The notes below the pieces were generated by a model. That model was not told where the DNA came from, ran no database searches, and worked only from the letters and a program-made list of their open reading frames with translations. From the NCBI GenBank assembly GCA_030765505.1, contig JAVCCL010000043.1:69686-133685 (forward strand): a stretch of 64,000 nucleotides of DNA. The letters are read 5' to 3'. The DNA is from Candidatus Kaelpia imicola (GTDB lineage: Bacteria > Omnitrophota > Gorgyraeia > Kaelpiales > Kaelpiaceae). Positions 8,367 to 19,116 of the stretch are shown piece by piece; the stretch's first letter is position 1, and every line of letters begins with the position of its first letter. A program made the translations under genes and the position numbers.

Positions 8367-9413
8367 ATGGTAAGAATCAATAAAGAAGAGAGAATGGATA
8401 AGATACTTACAGGTATAGTCAAAACCTACATAGAGACTGCCATGCCTGTTGCATCCAAAGCCCTTGTCTATAAATACAGGCTTAAGGTCTCATCTGCTAC
8501 TGTCAGGAATATCATGGTTGAATTGGAAGAGTTGGGATATCTCAAAAATCTCCATACCTCTTCAGGCAGAGTTCCTACAGATAAAGGATATAGATATTAT
8601 GTAAATATGGTAATGGATGAGGAGCAGCTCAACCCCTCTGAGAAGAAGAAGATCTTAATGCATATTATTAATACTCAATGGGATGAGGTTGAGAGATTAT
8701 TTACACATGCCCTTCAAGTGGTTACAAAGTATACAAACCAGGTCTCTGTTTTGTTATACCATCGTATTCGCAATGTCTATGTGGAAAAGATAGATTTGGT
8801 ATATATTAACGAGTTTAAAGTTCTGTTTATAATAATAGCTGATAACGGAGATGTATTGCACCTCTTCATAGAAAATGAAAATATCCCCTCCATAGATGAA
8901 CTCAGGGGCTTTCTTAAGTTTGTGAATAGAGAGCTGCAGGGTCAATCTCTTTTTGAGATAAAGAGTTATATAAAGAGAAAATTGATCTCCTTAGACGATT
9001 CTTTTTATCGTTTATTTTCTTCGTTATTCAATCTTTTGATTAAATCACTGGAGAATATGGATGAGAAAACATTTATGTACTTTGGAGCTAATAGGATAAT
9101 CCAATATCCGGAATTTAGAAATATAGAGGTTTTAGAGAAAGTTATGAAGTTATTTGAAGAAGAGTCGGAATTGACTAAAATTATGGAAGGTGATATTGAA
9201 GGTTCGGATATTAATATTCATATAGGTGGAGAGAGTACTTCTATGGATATAGAGAGTTGCTGTATCTTGACTTCAAAGTATAAAGTTAAAAATAGAGTTT
9301 TAGGAACAATAGGTATACTTGGTCCTACCAGGATTCCTTATGCCAGGTCTATTTCAGTTGTGAAATATGTATCTGATGTTTTAACACAGGCGCTGGAGAG
9401 TGCTATATTTTAA
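8367..9413 (+). CDS. hrcA: Heat-inducible transcription repressor
   Basis: SSATVRNIM, HTSSGRVPTDKGYRYYV, GILGPTRIPY; CIRCE upstream. Confidence 0.97.
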   Translation: MVRINKEERMDKILTGIVKTYIETAMPVASKALVYKYRLKVSSATVRNIMVELEELGYLKNLHTSSGRVPTDKGYRYYVNMVMDEEQLNPSEKKKILMHIINTQWDEVERLFTHALQVVTKYTNQVSVLLYHRIRNVYVEKIDLVYINEFKVLFIIIADNGDVLHLFIENENIPSIDELRGFLKFVNRELQGQSLFEIKSYIKRKLISLDDSFYRLFSSLFNLLIKSLENMDEKTFMYFGANRIIQYPEFRNIEVLEKVMKLFEEESELTKIMEGDIEGSDINIHIGGESTSMDIESCCILTSKYKVKNRVLGTIGILGPTRIPYARSISVVKYVSDVLTQALESAIF

Positions 9414-9427
9414 AGGGGCAAGTAGCT

Positions 9428-9979
9428 ATGAAGAAGAGAAAAGACAGAGAGCCTGAAGCTAAAGAACCTGGACTAGAGAAGGTCTCAGAAGACGCAGCTT
9501 TAGCTAAAGTAAAAGGAGAGCTAAGTGAGACTAAAGATAATTGGTTAAGAGCGGTTGCAGAACTGGATAATGCCAGAAAGAAGTGGGCAAAAGAGAGACA
9601 GGATCTATTCTCCTATGCTCAAGTGGATTTAATCAGAGGCATTATACCTGTCTTAGACCATTTTGAGCATGCTATGCAGTTATTACCAGATGTAAGAGAT
9701 GAGTTTGAACAGGGTGTTGAAATGATATATAAAGAGATTAGTGGTGCTCTCGAGAGATACGGTTTGGTAAGAATTGATAATCTTGAAGACAAAGATTTTG
9801 ATCCTTTTGAACAGGAAGCCGTATCTCATGAAGAGAGCGAGGAAGTAATTGAGAATGGAATAATAGAAGTATTAAGACCGGGCTATAAATTCAAAAATAT
9901 TTTGATAAGACCGGCTATGGTAAAAGTATCTAAGGGTAAAGTTGAACAGGAGAAAACAGGAGGTAAAGAAAATGGCTAA
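9428..9979 (+). CDS. grpE: Nucleotide exchange factor
   Basis: [24 protein letters not shown]...IRPAMVKV. Confidence 0.95.
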   Translation: MKKRKDREPEAKEPGLEKVSEDAALAKVKGELSETKDNWLRAVAELDNARKKWAKERQDLFSYAQVDLIRGIIPVLDHFEHAMQLLPDVRDEFEQGVEMIYKEISGALERYGLVRIDNLEDKDFDPFEQEAVSHEESEEVIENGIIEVLRPGYKFKNILIRPAMVKVSKGKVEQEKTGGKENG

Positions 9980-11897
9980 AGCTATAGGAATTGATTTAGG
10001 TACAACAAATTCAGTAATTGCGGTTTATGATGCGGGAGAACCGCAGGTTATTACCAACAAAGAGGGTACGCGTACTACCCCCTCGGTTGTTGCGTTTACC
10101 AAGACTGGTGAGATTCTTGCCGGGGGGCCGGCAAAGAGACAGGCGGTAACGAATGCTGAAAACACAGTCTTCTCTATTAAAAGGTTTATGGGCAGAAGAT
10201 ACAACGAAGTGAATGAAGAGATGAAGATGGTTCCTTATAAAGTTATAGAGGAGTCTAATAATGATGCCAGGATAAAGATCAACGATAAGGTTTACTCTCC
10301 GCCTGAGATATCGGCTATAACTTTAAGAAAGTTAAAACAGGATGCGGAAGAGTATTTAGGGGAGAAGATTACCCAGGCTGTAATAACAGTACCTGCTCAT
10401 TTTAACGATTCTCAGCGTCAGGCTACAAAAGATGCCGGTTCTATTGCCGGCCTTGAGGTCTTAAGAATTATAAACGAGCCTACAGCTGCGGCTCTGGCGT
10501 ACGGATTAGACAAGAAGCAGGGTGGTAAGATTGTTATATATGATTTTGGCGGCGGTACTTTTGATATCTCTATTTTGGAGATTGGAGATGGAGTCTTTGA
10601 GGTCAAGTCTACCTCAGGCGATACGCATCTGGGAGGAGATAATATTGACCAGAAGATTATTGACTGGATTGCAGATGAGTTTAAAAGAGAGCAGGGGATA
10701 GACTTAAGAGAGGATAGGATGGCTCTTCAAAGACTTAAGGAGGCTGCAGAGAAGGCTAAATGCGAGTTATCTTTTAGTCTTCAGACAGAGATTAACCTTC
10801 CCTTTGTTACAGCTGACAGTTCTGGGCCTAAGCATCTTACTATGAATTTAACGAGAGCAAAATTAGAAGCTCTTTGTGAAGACCTTTTAAATAGAACTAT
10901 AGGTCCCTGCAAGCAGGCGCTCTCTGATGCAAAGCTGAGTCCGGAAGATATAGATGAGGTTATACTTGTAGGCGGTCAGACAAGGATGCCTAAAGTGCAG
11001 GAGATGGTTAAAGAGATATTCTCTAAAGAACCTCATAAGGGTATAAACCCTGATGAGGTTGTTGCTTTAGGGGCTGCTATTCAGGCAGGCGTTCTGGTGG
11101 GAGATGTAAAGGACATATTACTCTTGGATGTTACGCCTCTCTCTTTAGGGATTGAGACTTTAGGCGGAGTCATGACTACTCTTATTCCCAGAAACACTAC
11201 TATACCAACAAAGAAGAGTGAGACTTTTACAACAGCGGCAGATAGTCAGACAAATGTTGAGGTACATGTACTCCAAGGCGAGAGGTCTACGGCGCGTGAC
11301 AATAGAAGTTTAGGTAAGTTTATTTTGGAAGGTATTCCGGCAGCTCCGCGCGGTGTTCCGCAGATTGAGGTTTCATTTGATATTGATGCTAACGGTATTC
11401 TCCATGTTACAGCAAAGGATAAAGGGACAGGCAAAGAGCGGAAGATAAGGATTGAGTCCTCTTCGGGGTTAGAGAAGAATGAGGTTGAAGATTTGGTTAA
11501 AGATGCGGAAGCTCATGCTGAGGAAGATAAGAAAAAGAAAGAGTTGATAGAGATAAAAAATGAACTTGATGGTTTGATCTATTCAACAGAGAAATCGCTC
11601 AAGGAGTATGGAGATAAGATATCTGAAGAGGAGAGAAAGGTACTTCAGGAATCTTTAAACACGGCTAAACAGAAGGTTAGCTCTGAAAATGCAGCTGAGA
11701 TTAAGGAAGCAAAGGAGAGCCTGTTAAAATCATCTCATAAATTGGCTGAGGAGATTTATAAGAAGACAACTCAGGATGCAGCCCAGAGTCAGGCTTCTTC
11801 TGAAGACGTCTCAGAACCTAAGCCTGAAACTGGAGAGGATAAGCCTAAAGGCGATGGTGATGATGTTATAGATGCGGAGTATAAAGAAGAGCAATAA
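9972..11897 (+). CDS. dnaK: Hsp70 chaperone
   Basis: [30 protein letters not shown]; SD GGAGG before ATG 9972 (start corrected from 9942). Confidence 0.98.
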   Translation: MAKAIGIDLGTTNSVIAVYDAGEPQVITNKEGTRTTPSVVAFTKTGEILAGGPAKRQAVTNAENTVFSIKRFMGRRYNEVNEEMKMVPYKVIEESNNDARIKINDKVYSPPEISAITLRKLKQDAEEYLGEKITQAVITVPAHFNDSQRQATKDAGSIAGLEVLRIINEPTAAALAYGLDKKQGGKIVIYDFGGGTFDISILEIGDGVFEVKSTSGDTHLGGDNIDQKIIDWIADEFKREQGIDLREDRMALQRLKEAAEKAKCELSFSLQTEINLPFVTADSSGPKHLTMNLTRAKLEALCEDLLNRTIGPCKQALSDAKLSPEDIDEVILVGGQTRMPKVQEMVKEIFSKEPHKGINPDEVVALGAAIQAGVLVGDVKDILLLDVTPLSLGIETLGGVMTTLIPRNTTIPTKKSETFTTAADSQTNVEVHVLQGERSTARDNRSLGKFILEGIPAAPRGVPQIEVSFDIDANGILHVTAKDKGTGKERKIRIESSSGLEKNEVEDLVKDAEAHAEEDKKKKELIEIKNELDGLIYSTEKSLKEYGDKISEEERKVLQESLNTAKQKVSSENAAEIKEAKESLLKSSHKLAEEIYKKTTQDAAQSQASSEDVSEPKPETGEDKPKGDGDDVIDAEYKEEQ

Positions 11898-11905
11898 TGT
11901 AGTAT

Positions 11906-11954
11906 GGTTAAGCAGGAATTATAACCGGAATAGATATAATTTCTGCTTTTAACC
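11906..11954 (+). terminator. Stem-loop between dnaK and dnaJ (partial terminator or mRNA stabiliser)
   Basis: GGTTA-AGCAGGAATTATA ... TATAATTTCTGCT-TT-TAACC inverted repeat. Confidence 0.5.
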
Positions 11955-11988
11955 GCTCTGCTTATCTTCGAATAGATCTGTTATTAAT

Positions 11989-13128
11989 ATGAAAAGAGAT
12001 TATTACGAGATATTGGGTCTTACCAAGGGTGCTTCAAAGGATGAGATTAAAAAGACTTATAGGAAGCTCGCTATGGAACACCATCCTGATAGGGTATCTG
12101 CTGATAAAAAAGGAGAGGCTGAGAGGAGATTCAAGGAGATCTCAGAGGCATATGCCGTTCTCTCCGACGATGAGAAGAAAGCTCAGTACGATGCTTATGG
12201 TCATGCCGGAATAAACTCTCATTATACACAGGAGGATCTCTTTAGAAATGCAGATTTCTCCAGCATATTCTCAGACCTTGATTTTGGGGGTTCTATATTC
12301 GAGAATCTTTTTGGAGGTTTTGGTTTCTCTCAACAGAGCAATTATCCCGGAGGGGCTAAGAGGGGAAGAGATCTGGAGTTCAAGATGTCTTTAACTTTTC
12401 AGGAGGCTGTTAAAGGTGCGGAGAGAGAGCTTGGTTTCCCGTCCTATGCAAAATGTTCTAAATGTTCAGGAAGCGGTTCTGCTTCAGGTAATTTAGAAGA
12501 TTGTCGTTACTGCGGCGGGGCTGGACGGGTATCTCAACAGAGAGGTTTTTTTGCAGTTACCACTATATGCCCTTCTTGTAAGGGTGAGGGCAGGATCATA
12601 AAAGACCCTTGTCCTGATTGCCGCGGCATAGGAAAGATAAATGAGACAAAAAAACTGGAAGTAAAGATACCCCCTGGAGTTGATAATGGCAGTATTTTGC
12701 GCCTCTCAGGAAAGGGAGAGATTGGAGATAAGGGAGGCCCTCCTGGGGACCTCTATTTACATATCTCAGTTAAACCCCATGAAATATTTAAAAGAGAGGG
12801 CAGGGATATTGGAATAGAACTTCCTATTACTCCTTCAGAGGCTGCTTTGGGTGCAGAGATTAAGGTACCTACTATTGATGGTGTGGTTAAGATGAAGATT
12901 CCAGCCGGAACTCAGAGTGAGAGGATCTTTAGGCTTAGAGGTAAAGGGGTGGCAGATCCTAAAATCGGAGCTAGAGGAGATGAGCTTGTTAAAGTACTAA
13001 TAGATACCCCGACAGGATTAAACAGAAGTCAGAGAAAGCTTCTCGATAGTTTTAACAAAGAGATTCCCGGCGACCATTATCCTCAAAAGAAAAGGTTTCA
13101 TAAATTGGTAAGAAAACATTTTGGTTAA
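11989..13128 (+). CDS. dnaJ: Hsp40 co-chaperone
   Basis: J-domain HPD, G/F region, four CxxCxGxG repeats. Confidence 0.97.
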   Translation: MKRDYYEILGLTKGASKDEIKKTYRKLAMEHHPDRVSADKKGEAERRFKEISEAYAVLSDDEKKAQYDAYGHAGINSHYTQEDLFRNADFSSIFSDLDFGGSIFENLFGGFGFSQQSNYPGGAKRGRDLEFKMSLTFQEAVKGAERELGFPSYAKCSKCSGSGSASGNLEDCRYCGGAGRVSQQRGFFAVTTICPSCKGEGRIIKDPCPDCRGIGKINETKKLEVKIPPGVDNGSILRLSGKGEIGDKGGPPGDLYLHISVKPHEIFKREGRDIGIELPITPSEAALGAEIKVPTIDGVVKMKIPAGTQSERIFRLRGKGVADPKIGARGDELVKVLIDTPTGLNRSQRKLLDSFNKEIPGDHYPQKKRFHKLVRKHFG

Positions 13129-13252
13129 GTAGAGAAGTTTTTCGTTTATTTTTTATTCTATTTATGTTATATCAGATAGAATAATCTTAGTCTTTTCTTT
13201 TGCAGTGTTTATATTAACGTCTATTATTAAGAGATAGATATCTATTTAAGAG

Positions 13253-14476
13253 ATGGCAAAGATAAAACCTTTTAAGGGTCTTATATATAATAGCGATAAG
13301 GTAGAGCCTGCTAATGTTGTTACTCCTCCTTATGATGTGATAACTCCTCAGGGGCGAGATGATTATTACGAATCATCACCTTACAATGTTATTCGCCTGA
13401 TATTGAATAAATCATCTCAGACTTACAAGGAAGCCAAGTCAGTATTGAATAGATGGATAGAGGAGGAGGTTTTAATCTTTGACAGTAATGATTCAATCTA
13501 TCTCTATCGCCAGAAATATAATTATTGCGGGAATAGTTACTCCCGTTATGGATTTATCTCTTTACTCAAGTTAGAGTCTCCAGGATCTGACATTCTTCCC
13601 CACGAGAAAACTTATGAAGGTCCAAAAAAAGATAGGTTTAGTCTCCTGGAAGAGGTTGAGACGAATCTCTCACCTATATTTGCTACTTTTTCAGATAAAG
13701 ATAGAGAGTTGCTGAAAATATTTAAAAATATAGAGAGAGAAGATCCGCTATTTAATTTCGATTTTGAAGATGTGGATCACACTCTTTGGGGGGTATTCGA
13801 AAAAGAGCCTCTTGATAAGATAATCTCTCTGATGAGTTCAAAATCGATATTAATAGCAGATGGCCATCACAGATATGAGGTTGCTTTAAATTATAGGAAT
13901 ATGAAACGATTGAAATCTCAATCTTCAGGCGAAGAGAGCTATGATTACCTTATGAGCTATTTTGCCCCGATAGAGCAGGATGGCCTCATTATTTTACCTA
14001 CTCACAGGCTGGTAAAATTGGGTCTTTCAGAAGATGATTTTAAAGCTAAGTTGTCGGATTACTTTGAGATCGAAGATTTTATGGATTTAGAAAGCATACT
14101 TAAATCTTTAGCAGAATTACAGAGTCTTGGGTTCGGAGTCTCTACTCAATCCGGGTTTTCTCTGTTAAAAATAAGACCTGGTACTGAAGAGAGGTTTCAG
14201 AAAGAGAATAACCAGCTCTTTAAATTTGATGTAACTGTACTCCATAATTTTATTTTGGGTGAGGTCTTTGATTATAAAGGAAATATAATATACAAGAAAG
14301 ATGAAGAAGAAGCCGTAAGAGAGCTTAAGGAGAATAAAGCTGATACTATATTCTTTCTTAAATCTATTCCTGTAGAGCATATTATAGATGTAGCCGAGAA
14401 GAAGCTTCTGATGCCTCAGAAGTCAACCTACTTTTACCCTAAGATATTAACGGGTTTGCTCTTCCACAAGTTTTAA
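13253..14476 (+). CDS. DUF1015 family protein
   Basis: PPYDVI, ILPHEKT, IADGHHRY, ILPTHR, MPQKSTYFYPK. Confidence 0.88.
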   Translation: MAKIKPFKGLIYNSDKVEPANVVTPPYDVITPQGRDDYYESSPYNVIRLILNKSSQTYKEAKSVLNRWIEEEVLIFDSNDSIYLYRQKYNYCGNSYSRYGFISLLKLESPGSDILPHEKTYEGPKKDRFSLLEEVETNLSPIFATFSDKDRELLKIFKNIEREDPLFNFDFEDVDHTLWGVFEKEPLDKIISLMSSKSILIADGHHRYEVALNYRNMKRLKSQSSGEESYDYLMSYFAPIEQDGLIILPTHRLVKLGLSEDDFKAKLSDYFEIEDFMDLESILKSLAELQSLGFGVSTQSGFSLLKIRPGTEERFQKENNQLFKFDVTVLHNFILGEVFDYKGNIIYKKDEEEAVRELKENKADTIFFLKSIPVEHIIDVAEKKLLMPQKSTYFYPKILTGLLFHKF

Positions 14477-14477
14477 A

Positions 14478-14506
14478 TTGATAAATATAGCCTACTGCTG
14501 TATAAT
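14478..14506 (+). promoter_or_regulatory. Sigma70 promoter of accD
   Basis: TTGATA-17 nt-TATAAT. Confidence 0.7.
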
Positions 14507-14555
14507 CCAAAATTGCCTATAGATACTTTAAAAAACAAATTTTGGGGTTAAATCT

Positions 14556-15404
14556 ATGTCATTCTGGAGTAAGCCTAAATATACCTTGGTAAGAATAACC
14601 AGAAAGAAAGATATTCCGGCAGGGTTGTGGAGTAAGTGTCCTTCTTGCGGGGGGATTCTGTTTAAAAAAAAGATAGAAGAAAATTTAAAAGTTTGTACTC
14701 ATTGCGATTACCATTTTACGCTCAAAGCCGATGAGAGAATAAGCCTTATAGCAGACAAGAGAAGTTTTAAAGAGATAGATAGGGCTATCTTTTCAACCGA
14801 TATTTTAAATTTTCAGGGTCCCAAATCTTACGGGGAGAAATTAAAAAAAGAGAGAGAGAAGACTGGATTATACGATGCTGCTGTTACAGGCAGGGCTAAA
14901 ATTGATGGAATAGATATCATGTTAGGAGTTACCGATTCTCGTTTTATGATGGGCTCCATGGGTTGTGTCTTAGGAGAGAAGATTACTCGTCTTACTGAGG
15001 AGGCTCTGGATTCTAAAATTCCGGTTGTCATTATATCAGGTTCCGGCGGAGGAGCCAGAATGCAGGAAGGTATGTTCTCCCTGATGCAGATGGCTAAGAC
15101 TTCAGCAGCTCTATCGAGATTAAAAGAGTCGAATATTCCCTACATCTCTGTTTTGACTAACCCTACCATGGCTGGTGTTCTTGCCAGCTTTGCTACCCTG
15201 GGAGATATTTTGATTGCCGAGCCTAAAGCTTTGATAGGCTTTACAGGTCCAAGGGTCATTGAGCAGACTATCAGACAGAAGCTGCCTGCCGGTTTTCAGA
15301 CTTCAGAGTTTCTTCTTGAACATGGTTTAATAGATTCAATAGTTCACAGAAAAGATCTGAAATATACCTTGAGCACTATTCTGGATTATTTTATTCGTTC
15401 TTAG
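14556..15404 (+). CDS. accD: Acetyl-CoA carboxylase carboxyltransferase beta subunit
   Basis: Zn finger LWSKCPSC...CTHC; FMMGSMG, GGARMQEG, LMQMAKT, GPRVIEQT. Confidence 0.96.
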   Translation: MSFWSKPKYTLVRITRKKDIPAGLWSKCPSCGGILFKKKIEENLKVCTHCDYHFTLKADERISLIADKRSFKEIDRAIFSTDILNFQGPKSYGEKLKKEREKTGLYDAAVTGRAKIDGIDIMLGVTDSRFMMGSMGCVLGEKITRLTEEALDSKIPVVIISGSGGGARMQEGMFSLMQMAKTSAALSRLKESNIPYISVLTNPTMAGVLASFATLGDILIAEPKALIGFTGPRVIEQTIRQKLPAGFQTSEFLLEHGLIDSIVHRKDLKYTLSTILDYFIRS

Positions 15405-15966
15405 ATAGTACCCATCTTGCTATCGTTTCATACCGAGGCCCATCTGACGTAAGATTGCTTTTGATAAGAGAGATTCTGTCTACGTCTATCTGCTGAAACC
15501 TTTGTTCGGGAAAATTCAACAGTGTCGTTTCTAAGGTACTTATATCCTTGGATGGTCTTATTCGTCCGATAGTCATATGAGGGTGATACTCTCTGTTATC
15601 CGTTGTAATTTTGCAGTTCTTAAGCAGTAATTTTATTTTTTTGTTCAGTTCTATCAGTCTCTCTACTCCGTCTTTTATGCCTATCCAGAGTATTCTGGGA
15701 TTTTTTGCATTTGGAAAGCAGCCTATATCCTTAGGCAATATCTTAAAAATTCTGATATCCGAGATAGGATTTTGAAGTACTTTTTTCATCTCGTTAACTT
15801 TGGTTATCTCGATATTACCTATAAAGATTAGTGTTATGTGGATATTATTCGGTGCTACAAATCTAATCTCTGCTCCGGATTTTTTAAAGCTGTTCTGAAT
15901 CTTAGATATTCTATTTCGAGTTTCGTCGTCTATCTCAATGGCTATGAAAGTTCTTAAAGTCGGCAT
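15391..15966 (-). CDS. thpR: RNA 2',3'-cyclic phosphodiesterase (2H family)
   Basis: RTFIAI; two HxT motifs (HITL, HMTIGR); GPRYE. Confidence 0.9.
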   Translation of the reverse strand: MPTLRTFIAIEIDDETRNRISKIQNSFKKSGAEIRFVAPNNIHITLIFIGNIEITKVNEMKKVLQNPISDIRIFKILPKDIGCFPNAKNPRILWIGIKDGVERLIELNKKIKLLLKNCKITTDNREYHPHMTIGRIRPSKDISTLETTLLNFPEQRFQQIDVDRISLIKSNLTSDGPRYETIARWVLSKNE

Positions 15967-16436
15967 AGCTGTTGGTATAACATTTTCAGGGCTTGAGTTA
16001 CAGCTTCTTTTTTAATTTTAGCCCTATTACCCTTCAATCTCAATTTTTTAACAATAGATTTACTCGATAGTGATATCGCTATATATATCTCTCCCTTAAG
16101 CTTATTCTCTATGGTTTGAGGCCCCAGTATTCCAGTTGTAGATATGCCTATCTCGCTATCCGTTAAGGACCTTATATTGTTTGCCATCTCTTTAGCGCAT
16201 TCCTTGCTTATAGTTCCATAGTTATTGATTGTATCTTTATCTATCTTTAGGTATTTCAACTTCGACTCTCTGTTGTAAGCAATGAACCCTGTTTTAAAAT
16301 AAGAAGAACTGCCGGCTATGTCGGTGAGACTGCTTGCTAGGAGGCCGCCTGTACATGATTCGGCAGATGATATGGTGAGGTTATGTTTTTTAAGCAGAGA
16401 AGATATTTTATAACTTATTCTGGCTGTATTGCTCAT
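15954..16436 (-). CDS. pncC: CinA C-terminal domain / NMN deamidase
   Basis: AESCTGGLL, GSSSYF, STTGILGP. Confidence 0.88.
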   Translation of the reverse strand: MSNTARISYKISSLLKKHNLTISSAESCTGGLLASSLTDIAGSSSYFKTGFIAYNRESKLKYLKIDKDTINNYGTISKECAKEMANNIRSLTDSEIGISTTGILGPQTIENKLKGEIYIAISLSSKSIVKKLRLKGNRAKIKKEAVTQALKMLYQQLCRL

Positions 16437-16445
16437 ACTCTTTTC

Positions 16446-16496
16446 ATTGTAGCGTTTCTTTTAGCTGTTGAAAATAAGTTTTTTTTCATTTAGAAT
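16446..16496. promoter_or_regulatory. Divergent promoters for pncC (-) and leuD (+)
   Basis: + strand TTGAAA(16468)-17 nt-TAGAAT(16491); - strand TACAAT at 16451-16446. Each -10 lies 9 nt from its ATG. Confidence 0.5.
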
Positions 16497-16505
16497 AGGC
16501 AAATC

Positions 16506-16988
16506 ATGAAGATAGAAGGCAGAGTTTGGAGATTTGGTAACGATATCGATACGGATTTAATAATTCCTGCGAGATATCTTGTTACAACGGACGCAGAAGA
16601 GCTGGGGTTACACTGCCTTGAGGGTCTTAAGAGAGGTTTTCCCTCTGAGGTCAAAAGCGGAGATATTATAGTGGGGGGCAAGAACTTTGGTTCCGGGTCA
16701 TCCCGCGAACACGCACCTCTGGCTATTAAAGGTTCAGGTGTGGCTGCTGTGATTGCCTCTTCTTTTGCCAGAATATTTTACAGGAACTCGATAAATATAG
16801 GGTTGCCTATAATAGAGATTGACTCTGTGAGCAGGTTTAAAGATAGAGATTTGATAGAGATAGATTTTTTAGGCGGCAGTATAGATAATTTAACTACAGG
16901 AGAGGAGCTCTCTTTTCAGAGCTATCCTCAGTTTTTACAGAGAATCATTCAAGCAGGAGGTTTGATGAGATGGGCAAAGAAGCTTTAA
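16506..16988 (+). CDS. leuD: 3-isopropylmalate dehydratase small subunit
   Basis: DIDTDLIIPARYL, NFGSGSSREHA, SFARIFYRN. Confidence 0.93.
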   Translation: MKIEGRVWRFGNDIDTDLIIPARYLVTTDAEELGLHCLEGLKRGFPSEVKSGDIIVGGKNFGSGSSREHAPLAIKGSGVAAVIASSFARIFYRNSINIGLPIIEIDSVSRFKDRDLIEIDFLGGSIDNLTTGEELSFQSYPQFLQRIIQAGGLMRWAKKL

Positions 16989-18058
16989 AATTATACAATA
17001 TTGCTGTTATAGCCGGCGATGGAACGGGGCCCGAGGTTATAAGAGAGGGGCTGAAGGTTCTGGAGGCGGCAGGTTCAAAGTATGATATCAAATTCAACTT
17101 TAATGAGTATGATTTTGGGGGAGATAGGTACTTAAAGACTAAAGAGATACTCCCGGACTCTGCAATTGAAGAGCTAAAAAGCTATGATGCAATCTATCTA
17201 GGTGCGATTGGTCATCCTGATGTTGCTCCTGGGATTCTTGAGAAAGGAATTCTACTCAAGGTTAGATTTGCGTTGGATCAATATATTAATTTAAGGCCTG
17301 TAAAACTATATCCCGGTGTCTGGACTCCGATTAAAGGTAAAGGTCCGGAGGAGATAGACTTTGTTGTTGTGCGGGAGAATACCGAAGGGCTCTATACCGG
17401 CTGCGGCGGTTTCCTGAGGAAAGGTACGGATAAAGAGGTAGCAATTCAAGAATCCGTAAATACTAGATTTGGTGTTGAGAGATGTCTTAGGTATGCGTTT
17501 GAATATACTATGAAGAGGAATAAGGGTAAAAAGCTTACCCTTTGCGGAAAGACTAATGTCTTAACTTATGCTTTTGATCTCTGGGAGAGGGCTTTTAATG
17601 AAGTGGCTAAAGAGTATTCCGAAATTGCTGCTGACTATGCTCATGTAGATGCAATCTGTATGTGGATGGTCAAGAATCCGGAGTGGTTTGATGTTATTGT
17701 GACCGACAATATGTTTGGAGATATTATTACGGATTTAGGAGCCATGATTCAGGGTGGTATGGGTATTGCGGCTGGAGGCAACATCAACCCGGAAGGGGTC
17801 TCTATGTTTGAGCCTATTGGCGGTTCTGCCCCTAAATATACTGGTCAAAACGTTATTAATCCTCTTGCTGCTATCTCTGCAGGGGCTATGATGCTGGATG
17901 TTATCGGAGAGGAAGATGCAGCTTTAAAGATTGAAGAAGCGGTTATGGATATTACAGCCAACAAATTAAAAAGCCTCTCGGCTGGTAAGATGGGTTATTC
18001 TACTGCTGAAGTAGGCGATATGGTAGTCGAGTGTTTCTTAAACGGTAAAATAAATTAA
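16970..18058 (+). CDS. leuB: 3-isopropylmalate dehydrogenase
   Basis: [40 protein letters not shown]; adjacent to leuD. Confidence 0.88.
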   Translation: MGKEALKLYNIAVIAGDGTGPEVIREGLKVLEAAGSKYDIKFNFNEYDFGGDRYLKTKEILPDSAIEELKSYDAIYLGAIGHPDVAPGILEKGILLKVRFALDQYINLRPVKLYPGVWTPIKGKGPEEIDFVVVRENTEGLYTGCGGFLRKGTDKEVAIQESVNTRFGVERCLRYAFEYTMKRNKGKKLTLCGKTNVLTYAFDLWERAFNEVAKEYSEIAADYAHVDAICMWMVKNPEWFDVIVTDNMFGDIITDLGAMIQGGMGIAAGGNINPEGVSMFEPIGGSAPKYTGQNVINPLAAISAGAMMLDVIGEEDAALKIEEAVMDITANKLKSLSAGKMGYSTAEVGDMVVECFLNGKIN

Positions 18059-18071
18059 TAGAGATTCTATT

Positions 18072-19088
18072 ATGAAAGAATATAATGTGGCTGTGTGCGG
18101 AGCAACCGGCGTAGTCGGCAGTGAGATGCTTAAAGTGCTTAAAGAGAGGAGTTTTCCGATTAAGAAATTACTTCCTCTGGCCTCTGAGCGTTCTATAGGT
18201 AAAGAGATTGAGTTTAAAGGTGAAAAAGTAAGAGTTGAGCTTCTCAAACCCGATGCTTTTTCGGGTATAGATTATGCTCTGTTTTCAGCTGGTTCATCTG
18301 TAAGCTCTGAGATTGCGCCTGAAGCTGCTAAGAGGGGAGTGGTTGTTATAGATAATTCCTCGGCTTTTAGAATGGATGATAATGTTCCTCTTGTTGTACC
18401 TGAAGTAAATCCGGAAGATGCTTTTAAGCATAAAGGGATAATTGCCAATCCTAATTGTTCTACTATACAGATGGTTGTGGTCTTAAAGCCGATAGATGAT
18501 AATTTTAAGATCAAAAGAGTTGTTGTCTCTACCTATCAGTCTGTATCCGGATGGGGCAAGGGTGCAGTAGATCAGCTCTGGGAAGAGATAGCTAAGATTG
18601 CAGGGAGCGGTAAGCCCAAAGCAGATTTAGAAAATAGGGTCTTGCCTTCTCAGATTGCATTCAATCTCTTTCCTCATATAGATGCTTTTTCAGAGAATGG
18701 ATATACCAAAGAAGAGTTGAAGATGGTCAATGAGACAAATAAGATTATGCATGGGAATCTCTCTGTTACTGCAACATGTGTAAGAGTTCCTGTCTTAATA
18801 TCCCATAGTGAGGCGATAAATATTGAGCTGGAGAAAAACGCAGATCCTGATGCGATAAGAGAAATCTTAAGAAGTGCTCCAGGAGTAAAGGTTGTCGATG
18901 ATATATCCAGCGATAGTTACCCGATGCCTCTCTATGCGGCGGGTTCAGATGATATCTTTGTAGGCAGAATAAGGAGAGACCCTACAGTTGAGAATGGAAT
19001 CTGGCTTTGGGTCGTATCCGATAACCTCAAGAAAGGAGCTGCTTTAAATGCGGTTCAGATTACTGAGCTTCTTGCGCAAAAGAATTAA
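18072..19088 (+). CDS. asd: Aspartate-semialdehyde dehydrogenase
   Basis: GATGVVG, IANPNCST, TCVRVPV, DNLKKGAALNAVQI. Confidence 0.96.
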   Translation: MKEYNVAVCGATGVVGSEMLKVLKERSFPIKKLLPLASERSIGKEIEFKGEKVRVELLKPDAFSGIDYALFSAGSSVSSEIAPEAAKRGVVVIDNSSAFRMDDNVPLVVPEVNPEDAFKHKGIIANPNCSTIQMVVVLKPIDDNFKIKRVVVSTYQSVSGWGKGAVDQLWEEIAKIAGSGKPKADLENRVLPSQIAFNLFPHIDAFSENGYTKEELKMVNETNKIMHGNLSVTATCVRVPVLISHSEAINIELEKNADPDAIREILRSAPGVKVVDDISSDSYPMPLYAAGSDDIFVGRIRRDPTVENGIWLWVVSDNLKKGAALNAVQITELLAQKN

Positions 19089-19116
19089 CAGTCATTGCAT
19101 AATCTGATCTTTTGGT

